64,000 bases of DNA, from the IMG/VR virus record IMGVR_UViG_3300027770_000032; one strand, given 5' to 3'. The translations under genes and the position numbers were made by a program. Below, piece after piece: positions 40,367-48,780 of this stretch. The notes below the pieces were generated by a model. It was not told the DNA's origin and did no database searches. It saw only the letters and a list, made by a program, of their open reading frames with translations. The stretch is from a virus. Each line of letters starts with the position of its first letter. Positions within the stretch are counted from its first letter, which is position 1.

Positions 40367-41434
40367 ATGAACATATTACTCACATCCCCATTCACTCCTG
40401 TTTCTTCCAACATTCACTCGCATCGGGCCGCTCAGGCTGCCATCTATGCTGAACAGTTGAGTAGTTTAGGTAACGTCCATCTCGATCGTACTGGTAACAT
40501 TCATCAGGATACGGTATGGATAGATGCTACTGGTAACATTCATTCTGATCCGCCACAAGTTGATAGAGTCTATGTCTATCATGGCAATGATTGGTTTGGC
40601 TCACTAAACCTTTTCGGTGGCATGAAAAATTATAGTAATATCGATAAGTTGATTCTCTACTCGAATCTAAAGGCTCCTGTCTATTCTTTATGGATCGATC
40701 ATCCGAAGTACAGTGAGATGTTAAAGCCCCGACTCGATGGTGATATCCATCCTTTCTGGCATCTTGTTGATTGGGAAAATCTAAAGAAGATCGAAGACAC
40801 TGCCATTACAGTTCGTGAAATTGAAACTACGAATCGTGCAGTGGCCGGTGATAGCCATGCTATTTGCATGTATCGTCCAGGTTGGTTTGTCAATTCGGTT
40901 CCCTTCAAGACTCTCCACGGTGCACTCAAGGAAGGTCTACAAACTTTTATCGAGCCTCATCATGAGATCGCAGAGTTCTACTTCGGTAACATCGACGTAC
41001 GTCACCATCTTTGCCGTCAACCTGATCCTGAACAAGCAACACGAGATTTGGCGAATAGATACTATGAACAGCTCTCTCGACTAGATCTTGCAAAAGTTTC
41101 TGCATATGAGTTGCTTCCTATCGAGCATGAATCGCGAGTCCTTCCAAAGACTGGATACTATAAAGGAACTCCATTCTATGGTTCATGGGAAGATCGCAAT
41201 AGATGTCGTCTTATCTTTAAGGATGAGATGAGAAAGCTTTGTGCTCAAGGTAGTGTCAACCTCATTGAATGGGTTGATCCGCTTCTCAATGACAGAGGTG
41301 AGCTCGACTTTGAATGCATGGAAAAACCAAAGTCGGTCCATCTCTCGCGCAATTCATATCCGCATTGGCAAGGCCGCAAGTGGTCTGGCCTATCTGAAAA
41401 CAAACCCGCAACTCTAGAGGATTTCTTTGCATGA
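40367..41434 (+). CDS. Hypothetical protein of the DNA-modification cluster (SGNH/GDSL-like C-terminal half)
   Basis: AGDSHA, FGNIDVRHH, SVHL motifs. Ends in TLEDFF, a clamp-binding-like tail similar to the gp43 C-terminus TLEDWL. Confidence 0.5.
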   Translation: MNILLTSPFTPVSSNIHSHRAAQAAIYAEQLSSLGNVHLDRTGNIHQDTVWIDATGNIHSDPPQVDRVYVYHGNDWFGSLNLFGGMKNYSNIDKLILYSNLKAPVYSLWIDHPKYSEMLKPRLDGDIHPFWHLVDWENLKKIEDTAITVREIETTNRAVAGDSHAICMYRPGWFVNSVPFKTLHGALKEGLQTFIEPHHEIAEFYFGNIDVRHHLCRQPDPEQATRDLANRYYEQLSRLDLAKVSAYELLPIEHESRVLPKTGYYKGTPFYGSWEDRNRCRLIFKDEMRKLCAQGSVNLIEWVDPLLNDRGELDFECMEKPKSVHLSRNSYPHWQGRKWSGLSENKPATLEDFFA

Positions 41435-41892
41435 AAACTAGTAAGTATATAATGAACGAACATGATGATAATACCGTATCCATCACTAAGAAAGGTCCAA
41501 CAGGTGGACCACAGTTTGAAAGTATGGCAGGATTAAATGGTCCTCCAGGTATATACGTCGAGAATCCTTCGGGCACACACATAAATTTTATTCCAGGAAT
41601 TACGGCGAAGCATCTCAGTGTGTATAAATACAATGAAGGCGAATCACTCAAAGAAATTCAGTCTTACATCGATGCTACTTACGAGCAGCATTATTCCCGA
41701 AATAAATATCAAGCAACAGAATTCATCATTGACGCCGGTCATGGTACTGGTTTTAATATCGGGAATATGATGAAGTACACTCAACGATACGGTCGTAAGG
41801 GTGATCCCGCCGAATGGCGAAAGGACCTGATGAAGGTTATCCACTACGCAATTATGCAACTCCACGTTCATGATACTGAAAATAAAGATTAA
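41431..41892 (+). CDS. DUF3310 / T7 gp1.7-like nucleotide-kinase domain protein
   Basis: HY, F..GN..KY..RYG.KG, DL.K..HY. Confidence 0.7.
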   Translation: MKTSKYIMNEHDDNTVSITKKGPTGGPQFESMAGLNGPPGIYVENPSGTHINFIPGITAKHLSVYKYNEGESLKEIQSYIDATYEQHYSRNKYQATEFIIDAGHGTGFNIGNMMKYTQRYGRKGDPAEWRKDLMKVIHYAIMQLHVHDTENKD

Positions 41893-41901
41893 GGATTAAT
41901 T

Positions 41902-42876
41902 ATGGGTATTGAAATTAATGTTCCAATGGAAGAGCTCAGAAAGCGCAAGCTCTTTATTGCCGCGCCAATGTATGGCGGCCAATGCGCTGGTATGTTTACA
42001 CGATCAATCGCAGATCTCTCTGCACTTTGTACGCACTACGGAATTCAAGTCAGATTTTACTTCTTGTTTAACGAGTCATTGATCACTCGAGCGCGTAACT
42101 ACTGCGCAGACGAATTCATGCGTTCAGGTGATACTCACTTGATGTTCATCGACTCTGATATTGGATTCAATCCAAATGACGTGATCGCACTGCTTGCTCT
42201 ACAAAATCCAGATCCATCAGTAGATAACTATGATATCATCGCTGGTCCATATCCGAAGAAGTGCATCAGTTGGGAAAAGATTAAGCTTGCTGTCGATAAG
42301 GGTATGGCTGACGAGAATCCAAACGATCTCGAAAAGTTTGTTGGTGATTACGTCTTTAATCCAACTGGTGAAACACGAGAGATTGCTCTTGGACAACCAG
42401 TCGAAGTGCTTGAATCTGGAACTGGATTCATGATGATTCGGCGCCAAACTTTCGAGAAGTTTCAAGAAGCTTATCCTCAGCAGTTCTACAAACCTGATCA
42501 CGTTCGTACAGAACACTTCGACGGTAGCCGTGAAATCATGGCTTACTTCGATACGCCGATCGATCATAAGCGTACGAACATTAATGCCGAGCTTGAAGAA
42601 TACTTGAAAAAGAATCCAAAAGCAAAAGCAAAAGAGATTGTAGACTTTGTGAAAGATCCGAACAATGGTGTAATCAAAGAATATTCGAAACGTTACCTCT
42701 CCGAAGACTATATGTTCTGTCAGTGGGTTCGTAATGCTGGAATGCATGTATGGCTTTGCCCATGGATGGAACTGAAGCACGTTGGTTCGTATGTATTCGG
42801 TGGTTCTCTGCCAGATATTGCCCGTATCGGTGCAGCTGCAACTGCAGATCCTTCTGCACTCGGTAAAAACAAATAA
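41902..42876 (+). CDS. Glycosyltransferase-like protein (GT-A fold)
   Basis: NESLITRARN, THLMFIDSDIGF, GTGFMMIRR, YLSEDY.FC, L.H.G. Confidence 0.7.
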   Translation: MGIEINVPMEELRKRKLFIAAPMYGGQCAGMFTRSIADLSALCTHYGIQVRFYFLFNESLITRARNYCADEFMRSGDTHLMFIDSDIGFNPNDVIALLALQNPDPSVDNYDIIAGPYPKKCISWEKIKLAVDKGMADENPNDLEKFVGDYVFNPTGETREIALGQPVEVLESGTGFMMIRRQTFEKFQEAYPQQFYKPDHVRTEHFDGSREIMAYFDTPIDHKRTNINAELEEYLKKNPKAKAKEIVDFVKDPNNGVIKEYSKRYLSEDYMFCQWVRNAGMHVWLCPWMELKHVGSYVFGGSLPDIARIGAAATADPSALGKNK

Positions 42877-42879
42877 TGG

Positions 42880-42908
42880 TGTACAATTAATACAATCGTT
42901 GGTATATT
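42880..42908 (+). promoter_or_regulatory. TGTACA-N17-TATATT promoter upstream of gp45
   Basis: Motif family. Confidence 0.65.
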
Positions 42909-42936
42909 GAATATTCCGAACATATGGAGATTTATT

Positions 42937-43596
42937 ATGAAATTAGATAATGATACGTTGCAAGTACTCAAGAACTTCTCGGCTATTAACAAGAACATTA
43001 TGTTCAAGCCTGGAAATGTGATTCGTACTATTTCGAGTACAAAATCTGTTCTTGCAAAAGCAACAATTAAACAAGAATTTGACAAAGGTTTTGCCGTATA
43101 TGACCTCTCACGGTTTATTGGCACTCTTTCCTTGTTTAATGATCCTGAGATTGAAATCAAGGATTCGTACGTCGAACTCATCGAAGGTAACAACAAGTTT
43201 CAGTACGCTGTCACTGATCCTTCGCTGATCATCGTTCCTCCTGATCGTGAGATTGAATTGCCAAATCCAGAAGTCAATTGCTTGATTTCTGAAGAAGCGC
43301 TTAATCGAGTGATGAAGGCGTTGGCAGTTTCTCAGTTGCCTGAGATTGCCATCGTCGGTAAGAACGGTAAGATCTTGCTTCAGGCTGTCGATACTCGTGG
43401 CACTAGCAACGACTCGTTTAGCATCGAAGTTGGTGAAACTGAAGCTCGCTTTCGCATGGTATTCCGTTCGGATTGCATGAAGTTGATTCCAGGTTCTTAT
43501 GACGTTTCGATCTCTTCCAAGGGCCTTAGCCATTGGAAGGGCGCAACAGTAGAATACTGGATCGCTGTTGAATCCAACTCGGCGTTCGAGGCTTGA
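42937..43596 (+). CDS. gp45: Sliding clamp
   Basis: T..VLKNFS.IN, F.VYDL..F, G.Y.V.IS, YWIA.E. Confidence 0.93.
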   Translation: MKLDNDTLQVLKNFSAINKNIMFKPGNVIRTISSTKSVLAKATIKQEFDKGFAVYDLSRFIGTLSLFNDPEIEIKDSYVELIEGNNKFQYAVTDPSLIIVPPDREIELPNPEVNCLISEEALNRVMKALAVSQLPEIAIVGKNGKILLQAVDTRGTSNDSFSIEVGETEARFRMVFRSDCMKLIPGSYDVSISSKGLSHWKGATVEYWIAVESNSAFEA

Positions 43597-43603
43597 TTAT
43601 TAT

Positions 43604-43632
43604 GGGTGGTGTTTCGGCATCACCCGCTTTTT
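43604..43632 (+). terminator. Terminator/hairpin between gp45 and gp44
   Basis: GGGTGGTG-TTTCGG-CATCACCC followed by Ts. Confidence 0.65.
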
Positions 43633-43648
43633 GTGACGGAGATATATT

Positions 43649-44584
43649 ATGCTTGAAGATTTTTTGTGGGTAGAGAAGTATCGCCCAAAGACCGTGTCCG
43701 ACACTATCCTGACTGACGAACTGAAGAAAACATTTCAACAGTTCGTAGATCAGAAAAACATTCCTAACCTCATTCTCTCTGGTACCGCAGGTGTTGGCAA
43801 GACGACTGTGGCAAAAGCCATGTGCGAAGAACTACAATGTGACTATATCGTTATCAACGGTTCGATGAATGGCAACATCGATATGCTACGTAACGACATC
43901 TCACAGTTTGCTAGCTCTGTGTCGCTCATGGGTGGCAGAAAGATGGTGATCCTCGACGAAGCCGACTATCTCAATCCTCAGTCGACTCAACCAGCTCTTC
44001 GTAACTTTATGGAAGAGTTCAGTGCCAATTGTGGATTTATTCTCACTTGTAACTTTGTTGATCGTATCATCGAGCCTCTTCATTCTCGTTGTTCTGTGAT
44101 CAAGTTCAAGATTCCAAAGTCAGAACTGCCAGCTCTTGCAAAACAATTTATGCAACGAGTGTGCGGCATTCTTGACATTGAAGGTGTAGAATACGAGAAG
44201 CCAGTTGTGGCTGAAGTGATCAAGTCTCACTTTCCTGATTGGCGCCGAGTGATCAATGAGTTGCAGCGTTACAGTGCGACTGGTAAGATCGATACCGGTA
44301 TCCTACGTAACTTCTCTGACAATGCACTCGCCAAACTCATTGGTTACATGAAGGATAAGAACTTCACAGCCGTTCGTAAGTGGCTTGGAGAGTCTGACAT
44401 TGAACCGACCGAGTTCTTCCGTGCCTTCTTCGATAAGGCCGAGGATTATATCGGCAAAGGTAGTATGCCTCAACTCGTACTCCATCTCGCAAAGTATCAG
44501 TATCAGAATGCATTCGCTGCTGATCCTGAGATCAATCTCATGGCATGTCTCACAGAAATTATGGCCGACTGCGAATTCTTGTGA
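43649..44584 (+). CDS. gp44: Clamp loader large subunit
   Basis: LWVEKYRP, G.AGVGKTT, ILDEADY, PLHSRC. Confidence 0.96.
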   Translation: MLEDFLWVEKYRPKTVSDTILTDELKKTFQQFVDQKNIPNLILSGTAGVGKTTVAKAMCEELQCDYIVINGSMNGNIDMLRNDISQFASSVSLMGGRKMVILDEADYLNPQSTQPALRNFMEEFSANCGFILTCNFVDRIIEPLHSRCSVIKFKIPKSELPALAKQFMQRVCGILDIEGVEYEKPVVAEVIKSHFPDWRRVINELQRYSATGKIDTGILRNFSDNALAKLIGYMKDKNFTAVRKWLGESDIEPTEFFRAFFDKAEDYIGKGSMPQLVLHLAKYQYQNAFAADPEINLMACLTEIMADCEFL

Positions 44585-44829
44585 TCTGGTTCAATCGAAA
44601 TAAAACATGCGCCGTGTGTGAAGATAAGTATCTGAAGAGCGTGCCATTTCATGAAATACAAATGAATACTGATGAAGGCATGGTCTCTCTTGAAATATGT
44701 GATAAGTGCGCAGACTTCTTTGATAAGTCTGCAGACGTGATAATGAAAGGCCGATCAAATGACACCCTTCGACTTCGTGAAATCGATCAACTCGACCAAG
44801 AAGAACCTGATGAAAGGTACGGAGAATGA
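44581..44829 (+). CDS. Small CxxC...CxxC zinc-finger-like protein
   Basis: GTG overlaps the gp44 stop; CAVC...ICDKC. Confidence 0.45.
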   Translation: MIWFNRNKTCAVCEDKYLKSVPFHEIQMNTDEGMVSLEICDKCADFFDKSADVIMKGRSNDTLRLREIDQLDQEEPDERYGE

Positions 44830-45145
44830 TGCTCTCGCCGAGAAGACATACAGTCCTTGGCTAACAAATAGATCCTTATCTTACTTTGCCGATTCCATTC
44901 ATGCCGCCAACATGATGAACTGCAACCACAACCTCGATAACAAACTCCAATATTCTTTTTTGATAAATATCATACGACCTAGCAAACGCTTTGCGAAGTG
45001 GGTGAAAAAAGAAAAGGATGGAGATCTCGAAGCGGTTGCAGAGTACTACAATTATAACCGCCGTGCTGCCAAGGCAGCTCTTGATATCCTCTCCTCTGAA
45101 CATATAAAAATAATAAAGAAAAAGATTCAGAAGGGTGAAACATGA
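44759..45145 (+). CDS. gp62: Clamp loader small subunit
   Basis: F...SIN..K, NRSLSYF.D, MN, R..KRF.KW.K. Confidence 0.92.
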   Translation: MTPFDFVKSINSTKKNLMKGTENDALAEKTYSPWLTNRSLSYFADSIHAANMMNCNHNLDNKLQYSFLINIIRPSKRFAKWVKKEKDGDLEAVAEYYNYNRRAAKAALDILSSEHIKIIKKKIQKGET

Positions 45146-45537
45146 ATATTTTAGAAACTTTAGTTGAAGTGAGGCTTGGAGAAGAAGACGATTTCTTGAA
45201 AGTTCGCGAGACTTTGACTCGTATCGGCGTAGCTTCTCGTAAGGACAAGACTCTTTATCAGTCTTGCCATATCTTACACAAACAAGGCAAATATTATATC
45301 GTCCACTTCAAAGAGTTGTTTGCACTCGATGGTAAACCATCAGACTTTTCAGAAGAAGACAAAGGTCGCAGAAATACAATTACCAAGCTTCTCTCCGATT
45401 GGGGATTGATCGCGATTGTTGATCCAGATAATATCATTGATCCTCAGACTCCTTTGAACCAAATTAAGATCCTTCCATTCAAAGAAAAAAATGAATGGAG
45501 TCTCGTGACGAAATATAATATCGGTCGCAAAAAATAA
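45142..45537 (+). CDS. regA: Translational repressor
   Basis: DDFLKVRETLTRIGVAS, LYQSCHILHKQG.YYIVHFKELFALDG, KY.IG. Confidence 0.97.
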   Translation: MNILETLVEVRLGEEDDFLKVRETLTRIGVASRKDKTLYQSCHILHKQGKYYIVHFKELFALDGKPSDFSEEDKGRRNTITKLLSDWGLIAIVDPDNIIDPQTPLNQIKILPFKEKNEWSLVTKYNIGRKK

Positions 45538-45559
45538 GTTATTGATTTAAATTGAAATT

Positions 45560-45635
45560 AAAACGCGCTTGGATGATTCTGAGTGCGTTTTTTTGTGTAC
45601 ATTATTGTCAAAACGTTGTATCCTGGGTATATGAT
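45560..45635 (+). promoter_or_regulatory. Terminator hairpin plus TGTACA-N17-TATCCT early promoter cassette (copy 1)
   Basis: AAAACGCGCTTGGA/TCTGAGTGCGTTTT stem immediately followed by the promoter motif; repeated at 49551. Confidence 0.7.
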
Positions 45636-45654
45636 GATGAAAAGGAAAAATACT

Positions 45655-46047
45655 ATGCTTACTCTTCGTGATATTAACACTGCAACCAACAGCCGTGATG
45701 GCGATATCTACTCTGACCTGTACAAGGACGTATACGGTAGTCGTCCTCGTCACGCCGAGTTCGCGTCGATCGAAGAGTTCGATACCGACTTCGAAGCTCT
45801 TTCGCACATGCTTGATAAGCAGATCGAGAGCGAAGCTGAGTATCAACAGATCTACTTCGACAAGTTTGTTGCTCGAGTTGAAGAGACGATGCAAATCGTT
45901 CAGGGTACAACTCGTGAACGTGCGATCGAGATCATCGCCGAAGCCGAAGGTATTCGCGCGGCGGAGTTCGAATTCTATGGTCTCGAGATTCTTGAGCATG
46001 AACTCAACCTCAAGTACGGTTCAATCGCTCGATGGTTATCAGAGTAA
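45655..46047 (+). CDS. Hypothetical early protein
   Basis: AAGGA RBS; YSDLYKDVYG.RPR motif seen in early genes of T4-like phages. Confidence 0.7.
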   Translation: MLTLRDINTATNSRDGDIYSDLYKDVYGSRPRHAEFASIEEFDTDFEALSHMLDKQIESEAEYQQIYFDKFVARVEETMQIVQGTTRERAIEIIAEAEGIRAAEFEFYGLEILEHELNLKYGSIARWLSE

Positions 46048-46055
46048 AATACCGG

Positions 46056-46084
46056 TGTACAATAATGCCAAACTATGGTAGAAT
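46056..46084 (+). promoter_or_regulatory. TGTACA-N17-TAGAAT promoter
   Basis: Motif family. Confidence 0.7.
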
Positions 46085-46112
46085 GATATTATCAGTTGAA
46101 AAGGAATATATT

Positions 46113-46418
46113 ATGACTCTTACCATTAAACAAATCGAATCGAATTACGCCGTCCCTGCCGACGCGACTCGTCAAAATTATTATCCTGTCCGCGCTTATT
46201 GGATTCCAATCGAACTTCGCGAACAAGTTTTGGCCGCTTACCGCGAAACCAATACTCGTGTCCGTCTTCGCTATCGTGGCCCTCGCGCCGTTTCAATCGG
46301 CCGCGAAATGACTCGTCCCGATAAAACCACTTATCTTCGTTCGCGCCACCGTGCGATGCAAGATTGTTTGATTGCCGACGCAACTCATTTCACTGTTTAC
46401 GACTATACTTCGCGATAA
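46113..46418 (+). CDS. Hypothetical early protein (Arg-rich)
   Basis: RBS plus ORF behind the promoter. Confidence 0.65.
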   Translation: MTLTIKQIESNYAVPADATRQNYYPVRAYWIPIELREQVLAAYRETNTRVRLRYRGPRAVSIGREMTRPDKTTYLRSRHRAMQDCLIADATHFTVYDYTSR

Positions 46419-46448
46419 GTTGAATATATATTATTAGGAGATTATTTT

Positions 46449-46610
46449 ATGAACGTCGAACTTTTTGCATTTCCAACAATGGAAAATCCGAAGGCCGTCG
46501 AAGATACATTTTGCGATCTTCTGAACGCAAAGCGTCGTGGAGAATCGATTCCTGTTGAAGCACTCGATTGGATGGACACCGCGAATAACTGGTTATTGGA
46601 GTCGAAGTAA
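46449..46610 (+). CDS. Small hypothetical protein (53 aa)
   Basis: AGGAG RBS. Confidence 0.6.
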   Translation: MNVELFAFPTMENPKAVEDTFCDLLNAKRRGESIPVEALDWMDTANNWLLESK

Positions 46611-46783
46611 TGCCGAATGAAAATAAAGGTGGAACGTTTGCGCCAGCAGATATGGATTTACTAAAGCGCGCCCTCCGTCATTATAAAGATATGCTCGTAA
46701 GTACTGAAGAGAGCGAGCGAAATGCGTCTCCCGAACTCATGAAGGTAGCTAATCTTCTTCATCGAATAGGTCGTATCGTCTAA
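46610..46783 (+). CDS. Small hypothetical protein (57 aa)
   Basis: GGAG RBS; TAATG coupling. Confidence 0.55.
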   Translation: MPNENKGGTFAPADMDLLKRALRHYKDMLVSTEESERNASPELMKVANLLHRIGRIV

Positions 46784-46791
46784 CAGTTAGA

Positions 46792-46869
46792 GGTCCCGTA
46801 GCTCAGCTGGATTAGAGCACGAGCCTTCTAAGCTTGGGGCCGCAGGTTCGAATCCTGCCGGGATCACCA
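46792..46869 (+). tRNA. tRNA-Arg(TCT)
   Basis: GGTCCCG/CGGGATC acceptor stem, CTTCTAA anticodon loop, GTTCGAATC T-loop, encoded CCA. Confidence 0.93.
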
Positions 46870-46877
46870 CTTTTTAG

Positions 46878-46917
46878 TGTACATTAATTCTTTTTTGGTT
46901 TAAGATGGATCTATAAT
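46878..46917 (+). promoter_or_regulatory. TGTACA-N17-TAAGAT promoter with second TATAAT
   Basis: Motif family. Confidence 0.7.
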
Positions 46918-46932
46918 CAGAAAGGAAACGAA

Positions 46933-47091
46933 ATGCTCAACTATACTCTCACCATTCGCAACGCTAAAACCAATAAGGTTCTTCGTAAGATTGAGTATAA
47001 GAACCACAGCGGTCATGCTATGATGGATGAGTGCTTCTACTGGAGGCAGCATTATCGGAACAAGGGCATCGAGATTATCAACGAATGGTAA
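46933..47091 (+). CDS. Small hypothetical early protein (52 aa)
   Basis: AAGGA RBS behind the promoter. Confidence 0.6.
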   Translation: MLNYTLTIRNAKTNKVLRKIEYKNHSGHAMMDECFYWRQHYRNKGIEIINEW

Positions 47092-47109
47092 TCAATTGTT
47101 AAAGTTTAC

Positions 47110-47185
47110 GGACACTTAGCTCAGTAGGTAGAGCACCGGGCTTTTAACCTGTAGGTCCTGGGTTCGAACCCCAGAGCGTCCACCA
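47110..47185 (+). tRNA. tRNA-Lys(TTT)
   Basis: Cloverleaf with CTTTTAA loop, GTTCGAA and CCA; one acceptor-stem A:C mismatch. Confidence 0.88.
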
Positions 47186-47200
47186 TTTAAAGGATAGTAT

Positions 47201-47746
47201 ATGCCTTGGTCAATCGGAGTGTTTAATAACACACTAGAAAACCATATTAGTAAGATTGCGCCGAACTATATCTTAGATGTAGGATGTGGTTCTGGTTCAT
47301 ATAGTGATATGTTCAAGCGAGCAGCTCCTCGTGCTGTACTCGAAGCAGTTGAGCCTACTGAAAAGTACTGGTCAGCATACAAATTACAAGATAAATATCA
47401 TATTCTTCATAAGATGGAGATTCAAGAGTTTACTAAACAAGATAATAAAATTTATGATTTGATTACTTGTTTCGATGTGCTCGAACATCTTTATCTGAGT
47501 GAAGCTATTGATACTTTAGAGTGTTTGACATATTGTTCTCGTAATATTATTATTGCATGGCCTACAAATGTTAATCAAGGAAACCATGAAGGTAATCCTT
47601 ATGAGAAGCATAAATCTAATATGACGTTATCAGATCTTACACGATTTGATATTACGTATTATCAGAAGACACCGTTAGAGCAAAATGCAATGTATCATTA
47701 TGCACATATTAAAGGTTTACACGGTGAATATACTTCTCTAATTTAG
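47201..47746 (+). CDS. Class I SAM-dependent methyltransferase
   Basis: ILDVGCGSG, AVE, YDLI.CFDVLEH. Confidence 0.8.
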   Translation: MPWSIGVFNNTLENHISKIAPNYILDVGCGSGSYSDMFKRAAPRAVLEAVEPTEKYWSAYKLQDKYHILHKMEIQEFTKQDNKIYDLITCFDVLEHLYLSEAIDTLECLTYCSRNIIIAWPTNVNQGNHEGNPYEKHKSNMTLSDLTRFDITYYQKTPLEQNAMYHYAHIKGLHGEYTSLI

Positions 47747-47752
47747 TTTAAT

Positions 47753-47828
47753 GCCCTTATAGCTCAGTTGGTAGAGCGACGCACTTGTAATGCGTAGGTC
47801 CGGCGTTCAAGTCGTCGTGGGGGCACCA
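47753..47828 (+). tRNA. tRNA-Thr(TGT)
   Basis: GCCCTTA/TGGGGGC stem, CTTGTAA loop, GTTCAAG, CCA. Confidence 0.92.
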
Positions 47829-47856
47829 TTTATTTTTCATTGTATACGTTATTTAG

Positions 47857-47885
47857 TGTACAAATTATGCATTATGTTGTAGATT
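47857..47885 (+). promoter_or_regulatory. TGTACA-N17-TAGATT promoter
   Basis: Motif family. Confidence 0.65.
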
Positions 47886-47909
47886 GAATAATAAGAAATG
47901 GAGATTATA

Positions 47910-48161
47910 ATGACTAATTCTGATTACTTGACGATGGCTGAAACTCGTTTCTCATCGGTTCAACGCTACTTTCCTAATTCTTCTGAGTTTAATCGGCTGT
48001 TTAATATCGTTCTTGATATGACAAATAAGATGACTGACGAAGAACGTCAAGCTCATAAGGAAAAATCCATGGAAACACCTGCCACGAAAGCTGCACGCTT
48101 GAAAGAAGAGCAAAGGATTATGCGGCAGATGGAAATGAACAAAGACAGCAACAGCATATAA
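47910..48161 (+). CDS. Hypothetical early protein
   Basis: GGAG RBS. Confidence 0.6.
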   Translation: MTNSDYLTMAETRFSSVQRYFPNSSEFNRLFNIVLDMTNKMTDEERQAHKEKSMETPATKAARLKEEQRIMRQMEMNKDSNSI

Positions 48162-48164
48162 ATA
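48157..48164 (+). promoter_or_regulatory. Late promoter TATAAATA
   Basis: Exact consensus upstream of the 48176 ORF. Confidence 0.55.
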
Positions 48165-48175
48165 AGGAATATAAT

Positions 48176-48367
48176 ATGATTAAGAAAGTTGAAATGCATG
48201 TCAGTGAACACACTCTCGACGAAGATGGTGGTCCTGGTGCACAGTCGATTGATATCAATCTTTATGTTCAAGCACTCGGGGCAACTCCTGCCGAGAAGGC
48301 AGCGATTCGCACTATTATGAATTCGGCTCAGTTGTATATCAATACAGAATTAAAGAATTTAAAATAA
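48176..48367 (+). CDS. Hypothetical protein
   Basis: AAGGA RBS. Confidence 0.55.
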   Translation: MIKKVEMHVSEHTLDEDGGPGAQSIDINLYVQALGATPAEKAAIRTIMNSAQLYINTELKNLK

Positions 48368-48374
48368 AGTTTAT

Positions 48375-48449
48375 TCCCCGATAGCTCAGTGGTAGAGCAG
48401 GTGACTGTTAATCACCTGGCCGGTGGTTCGAACCCATCTCGGGGAGCCA
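48375..48449 (+). tRNA. tRNA-Asn(GTT)
   Basis: TCCCCGA/TCGGGGA stem, CTGTTAA loop, GTTCGAA, CCA. Confidence 0.93.
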
Positions 48450-48600
48450 ATTCGAGTGGGAGATGATGGAGATGCATCTCTTGATTTAAGGCACACTATG
48501 AGGGTCACTAACGACTAGAACCCGAACTGCTGAACCACCGAAGAAGCGACAAATCTAGGGAGTGGTACTCCTGCCCAACCAGCAATAGGTTTGTCGCTTC
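48450..48600 (+). ncRNA. Candidate structured non-coding RNA
   Basis: 15-bp stem (48543-48557 with 48586-48600) enclosing a GGAGT/ACTCC hairpin; additional short stems upstream; no convincing ORF. Confidence 0.35.
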
Positions 48601-48621
48601 ACATTATTCATGGAGATAGTT

Positions 48622-48771
48622 ATGTGGCGTATTTGGGCAAAAGCTTTAGGTGAAAAAGCAAGTCCTTGTGATCGCGAGTCTGATAGAGTCGCTTTGATCC
48701 GAACTCTCTTCATCGTACAAGCCGTCATAGCAAACATCTTTTTGATTGCAAATGCAATTCATCATTGGTAG
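48622..48771 (+). CDS. Small membrane protein (MWRIWAKALGEKA...HW), as seen in T4-like aquatic phages
   Basis: GGAG RBS; hydrophobic C-terminal half. Confidence 0.6.
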   Translation: MWRIWAKALGEKASPCDRESDRVALIRTLFIVQAVIANIFLIANAIHHW

Positions 48772-48780
48772 GAGTAAATT

